From: an uncultured virus (IMG/VR IMGVR_UViG_3300005526_000009)
Lineage: Duplodnaviria; Heunggongvirae; Uroviricota; Caudoviricetes
Virus record (IMG/VR): IMGVR_UViG_3300005526_000009
Length of the DNA stretch: 64,000 nt
Reading direction: 5' to 3' (one strand)
Position numbers and translations under genes: made by a program. Numbering within the stretch: position 1 is the stretch's first letter; the number at the start of each line of letters is the position of its first letter. Below the pieces are notes generated by a model, which did no database searches, had not been told where the DNA came from, and saw only the letters and a list, made by a program, of their open reading frames with translations. Below are positions 10,336-19,279 of the stretch, one piece after another.

Positions 10336-10791
10336 TCATATCTCTCCAAAGGTATCTTTACCCTTTTGGCATATGTTGAATGCCTTTTGCGCAATTTCAT
10401 CTGAGAATATCTTTGTCTCCAGTTTTATTGGTTCCTTATGTTGGGAAAGTTGTTGTGGGGAGTCCTGCAACACCTTGAGTTTGGTGTTGATGAACTGCTC
10501 TATCTCATGCTTACCACGCTGGCACAGTGCGCTTGGGTTCATGTCTGTTCCTGACAATGTGATCAGGGTTCCCTCACTCTGGCTGTCCTCATTAATTGAA
10601 GTCTGGTGAATCTTCATTGTTATGCCACGTGGGAGAACCAGTTTATGCAGTTCCTCACGCTTGTGCTTTACATGAAGGTTGTATGTATATCTGTTCTCAA
10701 ATCTTTTGGATGAGTTTGTTGTTTCCCTTTTTGATGTGTCCAATGTGGATATGTCAAGGGTTTTAACCTGTTCATTTACCGTTTCTACCAT
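10336..10791 (-). CDS. Hypothetical protein (probable ATG at 10791)
   Basis: Long ORF divergent from 10837..11220. Confidence 0.55.
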   Translation of the reverse strand: MVETVNEQVKTLDISTLDTSKRETTNSSKRFENRYTYNLHVKHKREELHKLVLPRGITMKIHQTSINEDSQSEGTLITLSGTDMNPSALCQRGKHEIEQFINTKLKVLQDSPQQLSQHKEPIKLETKIFSDEIAQKAFNICQKGKDTFGEI

Positions 10792-10836
10792 GGAAATATA
10801 TAGGTTTAAATTGACATAATAACTTTCTTTACTAAA

Positions 10837-11220
10837 ATGGCATTGATATGTAAGGGCAAATGTGACCATGAAAAGTTGCTAAACCCAACAAAATACCTGA
10901 AGCACCTAAACCAGAAACGGTTTATGCGGGGATGGAAATGGTGTAAGTTATGCCGCATTGGATTTAAGACCGACAAGTTATACTGTTTCTGCTGTGGGTT
11001 AAAGATGCGCATGCGCATACGCACACGTGCAGTGTTTGAGGATAAGTTACCGGAACAGCGAATATGCGCTGTCTGTGATGGCACTAAGACATATACCAAC
11101 CAAAGAGGGTATCAGACATGGAAGTGTTATGGTGATGCGTTCATATGCACCACATGCTATCACTATATAAAATATCATACCAATTGGGTTTTGGAGTCAA
11201 TGGAGGTAACAGCATGTTGA
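10837..11220 (+). CDS. Zn-finger protein (CxxC...CxCC plus GATA-like finger)
   Basis: WCKLC...CFCCG and CAVC...W...CTTC. Confidence 0.65.
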   Translation: MALICKGKCDHEKLLNPTKYLKHLNQKRFMRGWKWCKLCRIGFKTDKLYCFCCGLKMRMRIRTRAVFEDKLPEQRICAVCDGTKTYTNQRGYQTWKCYGDAFICTTCYHYIKYHTNWVLESMEVTAC

Positions 11221-11468
11221 TTGATGTGTATCCAGAATATGAGAAGGACTTGCAGAAGATATTTGATGGCTGTGATGAGTTATATCATATGCTTTCAACA
11301 ACTGATACAGATGAAATAAGACTATTATTGAAAATATCAATGAGAATCAGCAGAATACAAAAACTGTTGAAACAGTATAGGAATGATGCTCATAAGGCAT
11401 ATGTAAAGGAATTCAATAGAAAACAGGAACAACGTGACCGCCTAAAGGAGATACAGGACACATGGTGA
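11214..11468 (+). CDS. Hypothetical helical protein
   Basis: ATG overlapping the previous gene end. Confidence 0.55.
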   Translation: MLIDVYPEYEKDLQKIFDGCDELYHMLSTTDTDEIRLLLKISMRISRIQKLLKQYRNDAHKAYVKEFNRKQEQRDRLKEIQDTW

Positions 11469-11634
11469 AGTTTACCATGGAAGAGTTGATTATGCTTAAG
11501 GAGCAAAGCTACTGTCACTGGTGCGCAAAGATTACACAACATCACACGCAAAAGATGATGGCATTGAAGAAAACAGGCATATTCATCTCAAACTATTATA
11601 TATGCAACATATGCAATGGGATGATAGAGCGAGT

Positions 11635-12255
11635 ATGACAAAGATAATAGCCATTGAGGGTATTCGTGGAACCGGAAAAAGCACTCTTCTCAACCAACTA
11701 TATGACAAGTATCAGGGACAGTTCCAGCGCAGGCACTTTCCCACCTACACAACCATAACAAGACTGAAGAGCATTGGGTTTGACATGACTGACATAAATC
11801 AAGTAATAGCCTATAACATGAACTTTGTTGCGGACTTTATGTCATTCAAGAGGGAACTGGAAAATCCCAGATACAAGAACATGACATTCATACTGGACAG
11901 ATATATACTGTCAAACCTTGCGCATTTTGCCTATGACGTGCAGCAGATAGACAAGGCTGGTGCGTTCTGGTATGGAATCCAAAAGACACTTCACACCCTG
12001 TATAATGACTTTGCTGTTGCCAAACCAGACCTGATAATATATTTGAGGGGTCAGGGGAAGCAGACTGAAGAGAAGTTTGATGATGCGCTATATAAGGGCA
12101 AGGAGGGTGAGTTGGAGTGGTTCTATAACACGGAACTTGGCGCATTGCGCAACGAAATGAAGATACCATTCCATATGGCAGAATCATTCCAGCCTAATGA
12201 CGGAACATTAAGCCAGGTGGAAACAATCTTAAAGAGCTATTCGGTATTGGTGTAG
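11635..12255 (+). CDS. tmk: Thymidylate (dTMP) kinase
   Basis: P-loop IAIEGIRGTGKST, ILDRYILS, KPDLIIYL; TATA-like TATTATATAT ~30 nt upstream of ATG 11635. Confidence 0.8.
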   Translation: MTKIIAIEGIRGTGKSTLLNQLYDKYQGQFQRRHFPTYTTITRLKSIGFDMTDINQVIAYNMNFVADFMSFKRELENPRYKNMTFILDRYILSNLAHFAYDVQQIDKAGAFWYGIQKTLHTLYNDFAVAKPDLIIYLRGQGKQTEEKFDDALYKGKEGELEWFYNTELGALRNEMKIPFHMAESFQPNDGTLSQVETILKSYSVLV

Positions 12256-12262
12256 TATAGAA

Positions 12263-12751
12263 ATGGATAAACACACCAGAAAGGTAATGTTCTCAAAATC
12301 GGATAATGTTTGGCTCACACCATTGGATTTGTTTGATGACTTGCAGAAAACATTTGACTTGCAGCTTGACCCATGCGCAGAAAAGGCCCATCCATTGCCA
12401 GGGGTTGCCAGTATAAGTGTTGATGAGAATGGCCTGAACAGGGATTGGGATTCCAACACATATATTAATCCACCATATTCCGCAATACAGTTGTGGGTTG
12501 AGAAGGCGATATATCAGGCAAGCAAGTGGAGGAATAGTAATCACTATGTGTTGTTGTTGCCGTCAAGAACAGGTAGGCCATGGTTTAGGTTGTTGTTGCG
12601 CTATGCCAACGCAATATGCTTTATTGAAAAGAGGTTAAAGTTCAGCAACTCCACAAACTCCGCACCGTTTGACTCACTGATAGCTGTTGTTGGTAAACGG
12701 CTTTCATATCCACAGGTTCAGGTGCTGGAGAAATACGGTGCGGTAATTTAA
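12263..12751 (+). CDS. Phage-type DNA N6-adenine methyltransferase
   Basis: WLTP..LF, LDPCA, NGL..DW, NPPYS catalytic motif, LLPSRT, RLKF, APF. Confidence 0.88.
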   Translation: MDKHTRKVMFSKSDNVWLTPLDLFDDLQKTFDLQLDPCAEKAHPLPGVASISVDENGLNRDWDSNTYINPPYSAIQLWVEKAIYQASKWRNSNHYVLLLPSRTGRPWFRLLLRYANAICFIEKRLKFSNSTNSAPFDSLIAVVGKRLSYPQVQVLEKYGAVI

Positions 12752-12768
12752 ACTGTGACAAAGTATTT

Positions 12769-12966
12769 ATGGTAGATGCTGAAGAGGTTCAGTGTATAAA
12801 AATGGAAACAATAACTGAGCAACTTGACATTGTTATAGACGCAATAGCAGACACATCGAAAGGCGGTGTAATCATACAGGCAATTGACCGCAACAGGAAC
12901 AGGCGGTATCGCATTCTCATAGAGAGGAATGACTATAACTGGCTGGTGAAAAAGAAGGATGATTGA
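12769..12966 (+). CDS. Hypothetical protein
   Basis: ORF in a tightly packed + strand run. Confidence 0.5.
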   Translation: MVDAEEVQCIKMETITEQLDIVIDAIADTSKGGVIIQAIDRNRNRRYRILIERNDYNWLVKKKDD

Positions 12967-13213
12967 CGAGAGAACAGGTAGGGTAAAGGGTCAGGCATCA
13001 CCAATCAGCTTTTTCTACTTTTGGTCAACCATGTTTGTTTTTGGTGTGTTATTGATCATTGGTGCGCAATGGTTGAGGGATTTGGTGGCGTTATTCATCA
13101 TGTCTGCTATTGGTGCTGTCATAGCCTTTTTCAGCGGAATAGCAACATCATGCATGTTTTGGCAGTGTTTTGTTGTTGGACATGACTATAAGAACAGGGA
13201 TAGTTTGCGGTAG
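12959..13213 (+). CDS. Small membrane protein
   Basis: Two hydrophobic segments. Confidence 0.55.
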   Translation: MIDERTGRVKGQASPISFFYFWSTMFVFGVLLIIGAQWLRDLVALFIMSAIGAVIAFFSGIATSCMFWQCFVVGHDYKNRDSLR

Positions 13214-13391
13214 TTGTTACCAGTCACTGTTACCGTCTCCAGCATCCGAACTACTCCACTTGTAGGATGTTTCAGCCAGGCACTCATCGCATAAATGATC
13301 ATATTCGGTGTCGGCATAAAACTCCGCACCACATTTTCTGCATTTTCTACACAAACCACAAATAATAGAAAAACTATGGTTATAAATATAT

Positions 13392-13598
13392 ATGCAGTTG
13401 CGTAAGTTCTGGTTTGTCATTAACCTGTTTGTGTTTGTTTTGGGGTTCATCATAATAATCACAAATGGTATCTTTTCCGAGAAGGCCAGGGTGTTTGTGT
13501 CGTTTATGTCATTAATGCTCATGACGGTGGGTGTTATGGGCCTTTGTGCCGATGTCATAAACGAACACAGGCGGATAACAAGGTCTCGTGTGAAATAA
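13392..13598 (+). CDS. Small membrane protein
   Basis: Two hydrophobic segments; AT-rich TATA-like upstream region. Confidence 0.5.
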   Translation: MQLRKFWFVINLFVFVLGFIIIITNGIFSEKARVFVSFMSLMLMTVGVMGLCADVINEHRRITRSRVK

Positions 13599-13637
13599 CT
13601 TGGTTTTTATAGATCTTTTAACATAATCAGTGTTACA

Positions 13638-13922
13638 ATGAAACAATCAAACATAATATCAATCATGATGATTGCTGGTGCACTGTTGTTTTCTTTTAAC
13701 GCAATGGCAGTGGCATTGGCAGACAACAACAACAATGATGATGATGAGGAATCCAATGATGATGGCAATAACACAGTTATCGCAGCAATAAATGACTCCG
13801 CAGCAGACAATAATAATATCACAGCACAACTACAACACGCCTTTAACCAGGGTAAGGCTTCCCAGGCATTTGAGGACTTGAATGATATGATTAAAACCGG
13901 AGTGGAAATGTTTGGCAAGTAA
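13638..13922 (+). CDS. Secreted/membrane-anchored acidic low-complexity protein
   Basis: Signal-peptide-like N-terminus followed by DNNNNDDDEES; TATA-like TTTTATAG upstream. Confidence 0.6.
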   Translation: MKQSNIISIMMIAGALLFSFNAMAVALADNNNNDDDEESNDDGNNTVIAAINDSAADNNNITAQLQHAFNQGKASQAFEDLNDMIKTGVEMFGK

Positions 13923-14202
13923 AAAGGGGCCAATAACACAAATAACACTTGCCGATGGCCATGTCACACTGCATGGGGAAAACAATGATGACCAAATACC
14001 ATATTCCAGGTTAGATCCAGACACATTCTACTTGAAACTAAAGCACCATGAATATTACAGTATGATAACAATGGTTATAATGAATGAGGGAGCGAAGGCA
14101 CATATGCTGCTCTCACTGATACGTTTTATGTTGTCGGTGGGATTCCAGTTAGACAGGAACAGTTATGGTATGGTTTATTTCAAAAGGGGTGACATAGAGT
14201 AA
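13912..14202 (+). CDS. Hypothetical protein, paralog family A
   Basis: Ends GF...MVYFKR like 20459, 20893, 22187 and 52238. Confidence 0.55.
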   Translation: MASKKGPITQITLADGHVTLHGENNDDQIPYSRLDPDTFYLKLKHHEYYSMITMVIMNEGAKAHMLLSLIRFMLSVGFQLDRNSYGMVYFKRGDIE

Positions 14203-14474
14203 CATGATGGTTCAGCCTAAATGTGACCATGAGTTTAGGACCGAAGGGAATTCACGTGTTGCGACATGTCGTAAGTGTGGTAAGAAAAAATATATAGGAT
14301 TGCAGGGATATAGTCAGGATAATAACAGATGACAGAACTAAAGTGTGATGGGTGTAAGCAGGTAGTGGCAAAGATAGTGTTGTTGCGCAATTACGGCAGT
14401 TTTGAGGTCAAGTGCAAACCATGTGTCGACAAAAACGCTGTTGCGACTGTTGATCCGGCTTTGACACAATAAAA

Positions 14475-14711
14475 ATGGTATTGACATGTCACTCAATATG
14501 CCTTCATCACCCAAGTCAGGCTGATGGACGCATATATGACGGTAAGAGCTACAAGTGCTATGTTGGAAACCGGAAATACTGCACAATCTGTGCCATGTAT
14601 TTTAACACAGAAGCGTTGAGGTGTTTCTGTTGCGGGAATAGATTCAGGTTAAGGCCGTTAAGTGGAACAGGAAAAACAAAAGATTATGTTAAGGAAAAGG
14701 TTTACTATTAA
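14475..14711 (+). CDS. Small Zn-finger protein (CxxC...CxCC)
   Basis: YCTIC...RCFCCGNRFRLRP. Confidence 0.65.
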   Translation: MVLTCHSICLHHPSQADGRIYDGKSYKCYVGNRKYCTICAMYFNTEALRCFCCGNRFRLRPLSGTGKTKDYVKEKVYY

Positions 14712-14715
14712 TAAC

Positions 14716-14916
14716 CTATACCAACAATAGTGGCAGCAGGAACAGACCACCAAGTGTCAATCCCAACACTGCCAGCACTATTATTATTATCCCTATTATT
14801 ATGAGGGCAATTCCAATCCAGTAGGCAATTTTGTTGCCTGGTGCGGGTATTGCGCTTGATATTGCTGCCAATATCACACCTATTATCAAAACTATTATTC
14901 CAGAGACTAGACTCAT
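14716..14916 (-). CDS. Small two-TM membrane protein
   Basis: Very hydrophobic, two helices joined by an IPAPG turn. Confidence 0.6.
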   Translation of the reverse strand: MSLVSGIIVLIIGVILAAISSAIPAPGNKIAYWIGIALIIIGIIIIVLAVLGLTLGGLFLLPLLLV

Positions 14917-15121
14917 CTTTCCTATATATACTTCTACTATGTGGTATAAAATGATTTATATGTAATTCATGACATGAAGTCTGTATGTTTGAATGGCTGA
15001 AACAATTGTTCTGTAAACATATAAAGGTGTATAATAGGATTATGGGAACAATAAATTCAGAGGACATCCAGGGTCCATCTGTTGTGACCTGTAGATGTCT
15101 GAAATGCAGAAAGACGTTTTC

Positions 15122-15427
15122 TTAAATGTCTATTGAAGCGTATGTTGCGCCTTTTGGGTCAAATATGACTTTTTGTGCAAACTGCTCAACAACGTCTTTA
15201 CCTGTTCCTGCTTTGTATTTTATAACTAAGGGATCACCTGATTTTAACAATTGTTTTTCATCTTTTAGTTCAGCTTTTGTCTCCACCGGTTTCAATGAGT
15301 CTTTGGGAATGGTGACATCATCAAATTTTAGTTTCTCTTCACCAACCAATAGGTCAGATTCGGTTTTAATGACAAGATCCTTGTCTAGTTTTTGTTTTGG
15401 TCTGTATGCGACAGTAATGTTTACCAT
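15122..15427 (-). CDS. Hypothetical protein (probable ATG at 15427)
   Basis: ORF with TATA-like TTTAATA about 25-30 nt upstream. Confidence 0.55.
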   Translation of the reverse strand: MVNITVAYRPKQKLDKDLVIKTESDLLVGEEKLKFDDVTIPKDSLKPVETKAELKDEKQLLKSGDPLVIKYKAGTGKDVVEQFAQKVIFDPKGATYASIDI

Positions 15428-15504
15428 ATAATATATTATAGCGTATTGCTGGATATTAAAGTATTTTCCCAACATATATAAACTGATTTTATAAAAACAA
15501 ATAG

Positions 15505-15849
15505 ATGGTTAAGAGACAGTATTGTGAGGACATTGATGGCCGCAAGTGCCTAAAGTGCAAATCCAAAACAACAGCCCAGGGAAGGTGGCTGAAATACAAA
15601 AACGGATGGCAGTGCTTTAACTGCTATATGAGTGAATGGACTGCCAAAAACAGGCAGAATGGCCGCAACATCGAGTTCCACACCGTTTTTGAAGCGGATA
15701 AGGCTGCCAAGCTGTTCAAGTGGGAGCGTCATCATGATCATGGCAGTGTGAAGAAGCATGTTACATACTGGATGTATTTGAAACTAAAAAGGGCTGGAAT
15801 TGGTTTTTGGGTGATAAAAAATGACAATGGTAGTAATGGAGGTGAGTGA
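15505..15849 (+). CDS. GATA-like Zn-finger protein
   Basis: CLKC-x18-CFNC with T..GRW. Confidence 0.6.
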   Translation: MVKRQYCEDIDGRKCLKCKSKTTAQGRWLKYKNGWQCFNCYMSEWTAKNRQNGRNIEFHTVFEADKAAKLFKWERHHDHGSVKKHVTYWMYLKLKRAGIGFWVIKNDNGSNGGE

Positions 15850-15857
15850 AACATTAA

Positions 15858-15940
15858 TGGTGGTAGAATAGTCATTAGTGGTTTTTTTCTAATTCAAATC
15901 CAAAGTTTGATGAAGTATCCACTAATTACACTGACCATCA
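15858..15940 (-). ncRNA. Ro60-associated Y-like RNA unit D (last if the array is read on the minus strand)
   Basis: AGUGUA-stem-UACUUC-variable-stem-UAUUCU; perfect 8-bp inner stem attagtgg/ccactaat; 5-bp stem with CUUUGGA loop. Confidence 0.7.
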
Positions 15941-15945
15941 GGTTT

Positions 15946-16053
15946 GTGCCGTAGTAGAATATAGTTGTTGATAGAAATTGTTTCTATAATCAGGTGCTGT
16001 AACAGCTAAAGCCTGATGTTTTGAAGTAACTATCAACTACACTGACATGGCAT
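15946..16053 (-). ncRNA. Ro60-associated Y-like RNA unit C
   Basis: Same three motifs; inner stem gttgatag/ctatcaac; longer variable domain with nested hairpins. Confidence 0.7.
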
Positions 16054-16072
16054 TCGTATGGGGTTCTTTCTC

Positions 16073-16156
16073 TATAATAGTAGAATAAGTGTCAATGGAA
16101 AGCCCGAAGGCATCTCGATTATAGCGAAGTAACCATCGACTACACTTACTATTATA
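16073..16156 (-). ncRNA. Ro60-associated Y-like RNA unit B
   Basis: Same motifs; 9-bp outer stem tataatagt/actattata; cUUCGg tetraloop hairpin on the minus strand (16102-16111). Confidence 0.72.
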
Positions 16157-16168
16157 TATTATTTGAGG

Positions 16169-16237
16169 GTCACAACAGAATAAGTCGCTACGGTGATTCA
16201 ATTGCACGAAGTAACCGCTAGCTACACTGGCTGTAAC
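16169..16237 (-). ncRNA. Ro60-associated Y-like RNA unit A (promoter-proximal)
   Basis: Same motifs; outer stem gttacagc/gttgtgac with G-U pairs on the minus strand; begins ~23 nt after a TATA box. Confidence 0.7.
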
Positions 16238-16259
16238 AAAGTATGGTTGTGTGGATTGT

Positions 16260-16281
16260 AATATAAACCTTGTTTTTTCTC
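16260..16281 (-). promoter_or_regulatory. Archaeal-type promoter for the ncRNA array
   Basis: TTTATATT (16267-16260) preceded by a purine-rich BRE-like run; 23 nt to the first unit. Confidence 0.6.
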
Positions 16282-16299
16282 ATTTTAATTGATATGGTG

Positions 16300-16320
16300 C
16301 GAAATGATTACGTTTATATT
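16300..16320 (+). promoter_or_regulatory. Archaeal-type promoter for the Ro60/TROVE gene
   Basis: TTTATATT at 16313-16320, 28 nt before ATG 16349. Confidence 0.6.
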
Positions 16321-16348
16321 GATTCTGAGGGTGTCAAGAAACAAGAGT

Positions 16349-17914
16349 ATGAGATACAATATAACCAATACGAAGGGAGGATATAAGCCAAAGAAAGTTA
16401 GGTCTGGCATTCCAGCAACCAACTATGAAGAGGGGCCTGCGTTCATACCCGACAATCACACCAAATTATACTTAATGTCCGCAACACAGATGGTGAAGAC
16501 TGAAAAGTTCTATGGTGACTCCAGCACACAGTATCAGGAATGGGTGTCATTGGTGCGGGAAGTTGCAGCCGTGGACCCTGTTTTTGTGTTGAGACTTGCA
16601 GCCTATATCAGAAACGAGATGAAACTGCGAACAGCACCCATTGTTCTTATGATGGAGGTGCTTTTGGCCGACTTTGGGACATACAACGCTGAAAAGTCCG
16701 CAGCAATCAAGAAATACGCACCATATATCATAAAAAGGGCAGATGAGATGGCAGAGTGCATTGCCTACTTCAAATCCATAAAGGGTGATGTTGGCAACGG
16801 CCAGGCAAAGGGCAGCCTACCAAACGTGCTGAAGAGGGTTATTAACTCCAAACTGGAGGAATTCACCCCATATCAACTGATAAAGAATGACAAGAACAGT
16901 TCAAGTGTGAAGTTGCGGGATGTTTTGCGCATATGCCATCCCAAACCAAAGGACAAGGAAAGGTCAGAGCTATACAGGAGAATTGTGAAGGGTGAGTCGT
17001 TCCCAGACGTATCAGACAACACATGGGAGGGCTACATATCAAAACATGGCAGCAGTAAGGAAACATGGTCAGCAATCATAGAGACCATGCCCATAATGGC
17101 GTTGTTGCGCAATATCAGGAACTTTCTGGACAATGATATTGACCCCGCCCTGCTCAAAAAGTTCCTTATCGACAGGTTGAATAATGTTGACCAGATAAGA
17201 AACTCCCGATTGCTGCCTTTCAGGTTCTATCAGGCGTATAAGGAGATAGAGGAAAGGAACTTTAACGTGAACCTGGCACTTGAAGCCGCACTCACACACG
17301 CAACGGATGAGAACATACCCCAACTGAATGGTAAGAACGCCATATTCGTGGACACATCCGGCAGCATGGATGCAACACTCAATGACAAGACATCAATTCG
17401 CTATAATGAGATTGCATGCCTGTTTGGTGCGCTGTTATACAGGAAAAACCCACAAAACACCAGATTGTTTGGATATGATTCCAATGTTAGGGAACTTACA
17501 CAGAAGATAAGGCCACGTGACAGCATATTCCACAACCTAAAGCAGATACAGAACACCGATGGTGGCGCAACATATGCCAACAAATGCATTGCATTGATGC
17601 TTTCCCAGAACATATTCGCAGACCGAATCATATTCCTCAGTGACATGCAATCCTACAGTGCCTATGAATGGAGTAGTCAGTTGGAGAACCAGTCGGTTCA
17701 GGCACTGGTAAAGAGATATAGGCTGACCGTCAACGAGAGCGTAAGGGTATATGACATTGACCTTTCAGGATATGGAACAGTCCAGTTTGACCCCAATAAC
17801 ATGCTGAATGTGCAGATTGGTGGCTGGAGTGAGAGAATATTCGAGTTCATGGAGGTTTTGGAACAGCAAAGTAACATAAACATATCAGCACTCCTTGCTG
17901 AGAAATACCCATAG
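16349..17914 (+). CDS. rsr: Ro60/Rsr (TROVE + vWA domain) RNA-binding protein
   Basis: TNYEEGPAF, DPVFVLRLAAYIRNEMKLRTAP, RADE, YQLIK, KLRDVLRICHPKP, TWE, MPIMALLRNIRN, SRLLPFRFYQAY, vWA MIDAS VDTSGSM, GGAT, IIFLSDMQ, DLSGYG, IGGWSE. Confidence 0.93.
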   Translation: MRYNITNTKGGYKPKKVRSGIPATNYEEGPAFIPDNHTKLYLMSATQMVKTEKFYGDSSTQYQEWVSLVREVAAVDPVFVLRLAAYIRNEMKLRTAPIVLMMEVLLADFGTYNAEKSAAIKKYAPYIIKRADEMAECIAYFKSIKGDVGNGQAKGSLPNVLKRVINSKLEEFTPYQLIKNDKNSSSVKLRDVLRICHPKPKDKERSELYRRIVKGESFPDVSDNTWEGYISKHGSSKETWSAIIETMPIMALLRNIRNFLDNDIDPALLKKFLIDRLNNVDQIRNSRLLPFRFYQAYKEIEERNFNVNLALEAALTHATDENIPQLNGKNAIFVDTSGSMDATLNDKTSIRYNEIACLFGALLYRKNPQNTRLFGYDSNVRELTQKIRPRDSIFHNLKQIQNTDGGATYANKCIALMLSQNIFADRIIFLSDMQSYSAYEWSSQLENQSVQALVKRYRLTVNESVRVYDIDLSGYGTVQFDPNNMLNVQIGGWSERIFEFMEVLEQQSNINISALLAEKYP

Positions 17915-17927
17915 GTGTTGTGTTGAT

Positions 17928-18563
17928 ATGGATAATTTCACAAAACACATTGTTGAGTTTCTTATAGAAAAGGGGAATACAACCTCTGATGACCTGATAG
18001 ACTATATCTACTGTGAAAGGAATAAACAGAAAAACAAAAAATGTGAACATAAGAGCATGAGTCCAATATTTTTAATACCATCCAGTCCATACATGAGAGT
18101 AAAGTGCAATGTATGTGGTGAGATAATCACATATGATCCAACTAATGAATCGAAGGATGATAAAGAATGTGACCATGTTCCCACAACCAAGCCTGGTGAT
18201 TCGGTGGTGTCCCACAAGTGTGAGAAATGTGGCAAGTCATTTTCCTTCAAGGTGAAAAAAGATAATAATAATAATAATAGACAGAATAAGAACATCTATC
18301 GCAGAAGGAAACTGGAGTTGGAGCTTGTGTATAACAAAGGTCTAATGGAGGATGTGGATAAGGTGTTTGACTACTTTAACTCATATGAGAATGGGTTTGT
18401 TGAGCAGTCATGCTATTCTGATGGACTATCCACAAGGGGAACATGGTTTAAGCCATTGGAAGAGGATATGGATGTTGGCTATATCATCAACAAGACATTG
18501 CAATTCATCAACAATAACAACTCCATTCCAATGGAGATAAATATGAGACTGGAGATCAATTAA
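17928..18563 (+). CDS. Hypothetical Zn-binding protein
   Basis: CEH...CNVCG and CDH...CEKCG repeats. Confidence 0.6.
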   Translation: MDNFTKHIVEFLIEKGNTTSDDLIDYIYCERNKQKNKKCEHKSMSPIFLIPSSPYMRVKCNVCGEIITYDPTNESKDDKECDHVPTTKPGDSVVSHKCEKCGKSFSFKVKKDNNNNNRQNKNIYRRRKLELELVYNKGLMEDVDKVFDYFNSYENGFVEQSCYSDGLSTRGTWFKPLEEDMDVGYIINKTLQFINNNNSIPMEINMRLEIN

Positions 18564-18572
18564 GTGATATAA

Positions 18573-18773
18573 ATGGCAGGAGTATCAGGCTGCATACATG
18601 CTGACATTACCGTGTTTCCAGAAGAAGACGGTAAAATCCAGTGCAAGGTGTGCAAAAGGACATGGGCCAATAGGGAAACCCTGGAGTCCACAAAGGGTGA
18701 GCAGATCATATCCGGCAGGACATACACTGTTGGCGGATCTGATGAACCACTAACTAACCAAAATATTGTGTGA
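18573..18773 (+). CDS. Small Zn-binding protein
   Basis: CIH...CKVC. Confidence 0.55.
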   Translation: MAGVSGCIHADITVFPEEDGKIQCKVCKRTWANRETLESTKGEQIISGRTYTVGGSDEPLTNQNIV

Positions 18774-18848
18774 TATGAATCTTTAAATCCTATTTGGGAT
18801 TGAAAGATGACTAGGTATATATAGAATATACCGCTTTTCTATTTTTAC

Positions 18849-19277
18849 ATGAAACAAGAATTGATAATGACAATTCCAAAACTGGTTGAACAGCATGAGG
18901 AAACACCGGTCACACTGCGCACCCACAAGCTCTGGCAGGTGGTTAACGACTGCATAACCAAAGGTAGATACACACAAATGGTTGGCAACTACAGTCAGAA
19001 TGGAACAAACAGGAGATGCATGATGGGTGTGTTTATGGGATATACCGACATGAGTTCTCATGTCCATGGACCAAATGGCATTGCCAGTGCGGATTCCAGG
19101 TTTGGAACCACCCATGGTGTCTCAAACATCATTACAAAAGAAATGACAATAGGGGCATTAAAGGACCTTTACTATAGATATGGAAAGATAGAGCATGATG
19201 TAGTTGTGAGGTTGAATGACACCCATAAGATGACATTTGAGGAATTCCGTGATCTGTTCAAGGAGATGGATGTTTAG
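18849..19277 (+). CDS. Hypothetical protein
   Basis: RCMMG...LNDTHKMTFEE pattern; TATATATA upstream. Confidence 0.6.
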   Translation: MKQELIMTIPKLVEQHEETPVTLRTHKLWQVVNDCITKGRYTQMVGNYSQNGTNRRCMMGVFMGYTDMSSHVHGPNGIASADSRFGTTHGVSNIITKEMTIGALKDLYYRYGKIEHDVVVRLNDTHKMTFEEFRDLFKEMDV

Positions 19278-19279
19278 GA

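Noticed and set aside
15858..16237. CRISPR mini-array interpretation of the four-unit repeat
   Set aside because: Conserved parts are three short motifs separated by co-varying stems, not identical 25-40 bp repeats with unique spacers.
15858..16237. tRNA genes
   Set aside because: No D-arm/T-arm (GTTCRA) cloverleaf; only anticodon-like hairpins. No tRNA gene was recognised elsewhere in the window.
16289..16348. Upstream TTG start of the TROVE ORF given by the ORF track
   Set aside because: It overlaps the TATA box; ATG 16349 fits the promoter spacing and the family N-terminus better.
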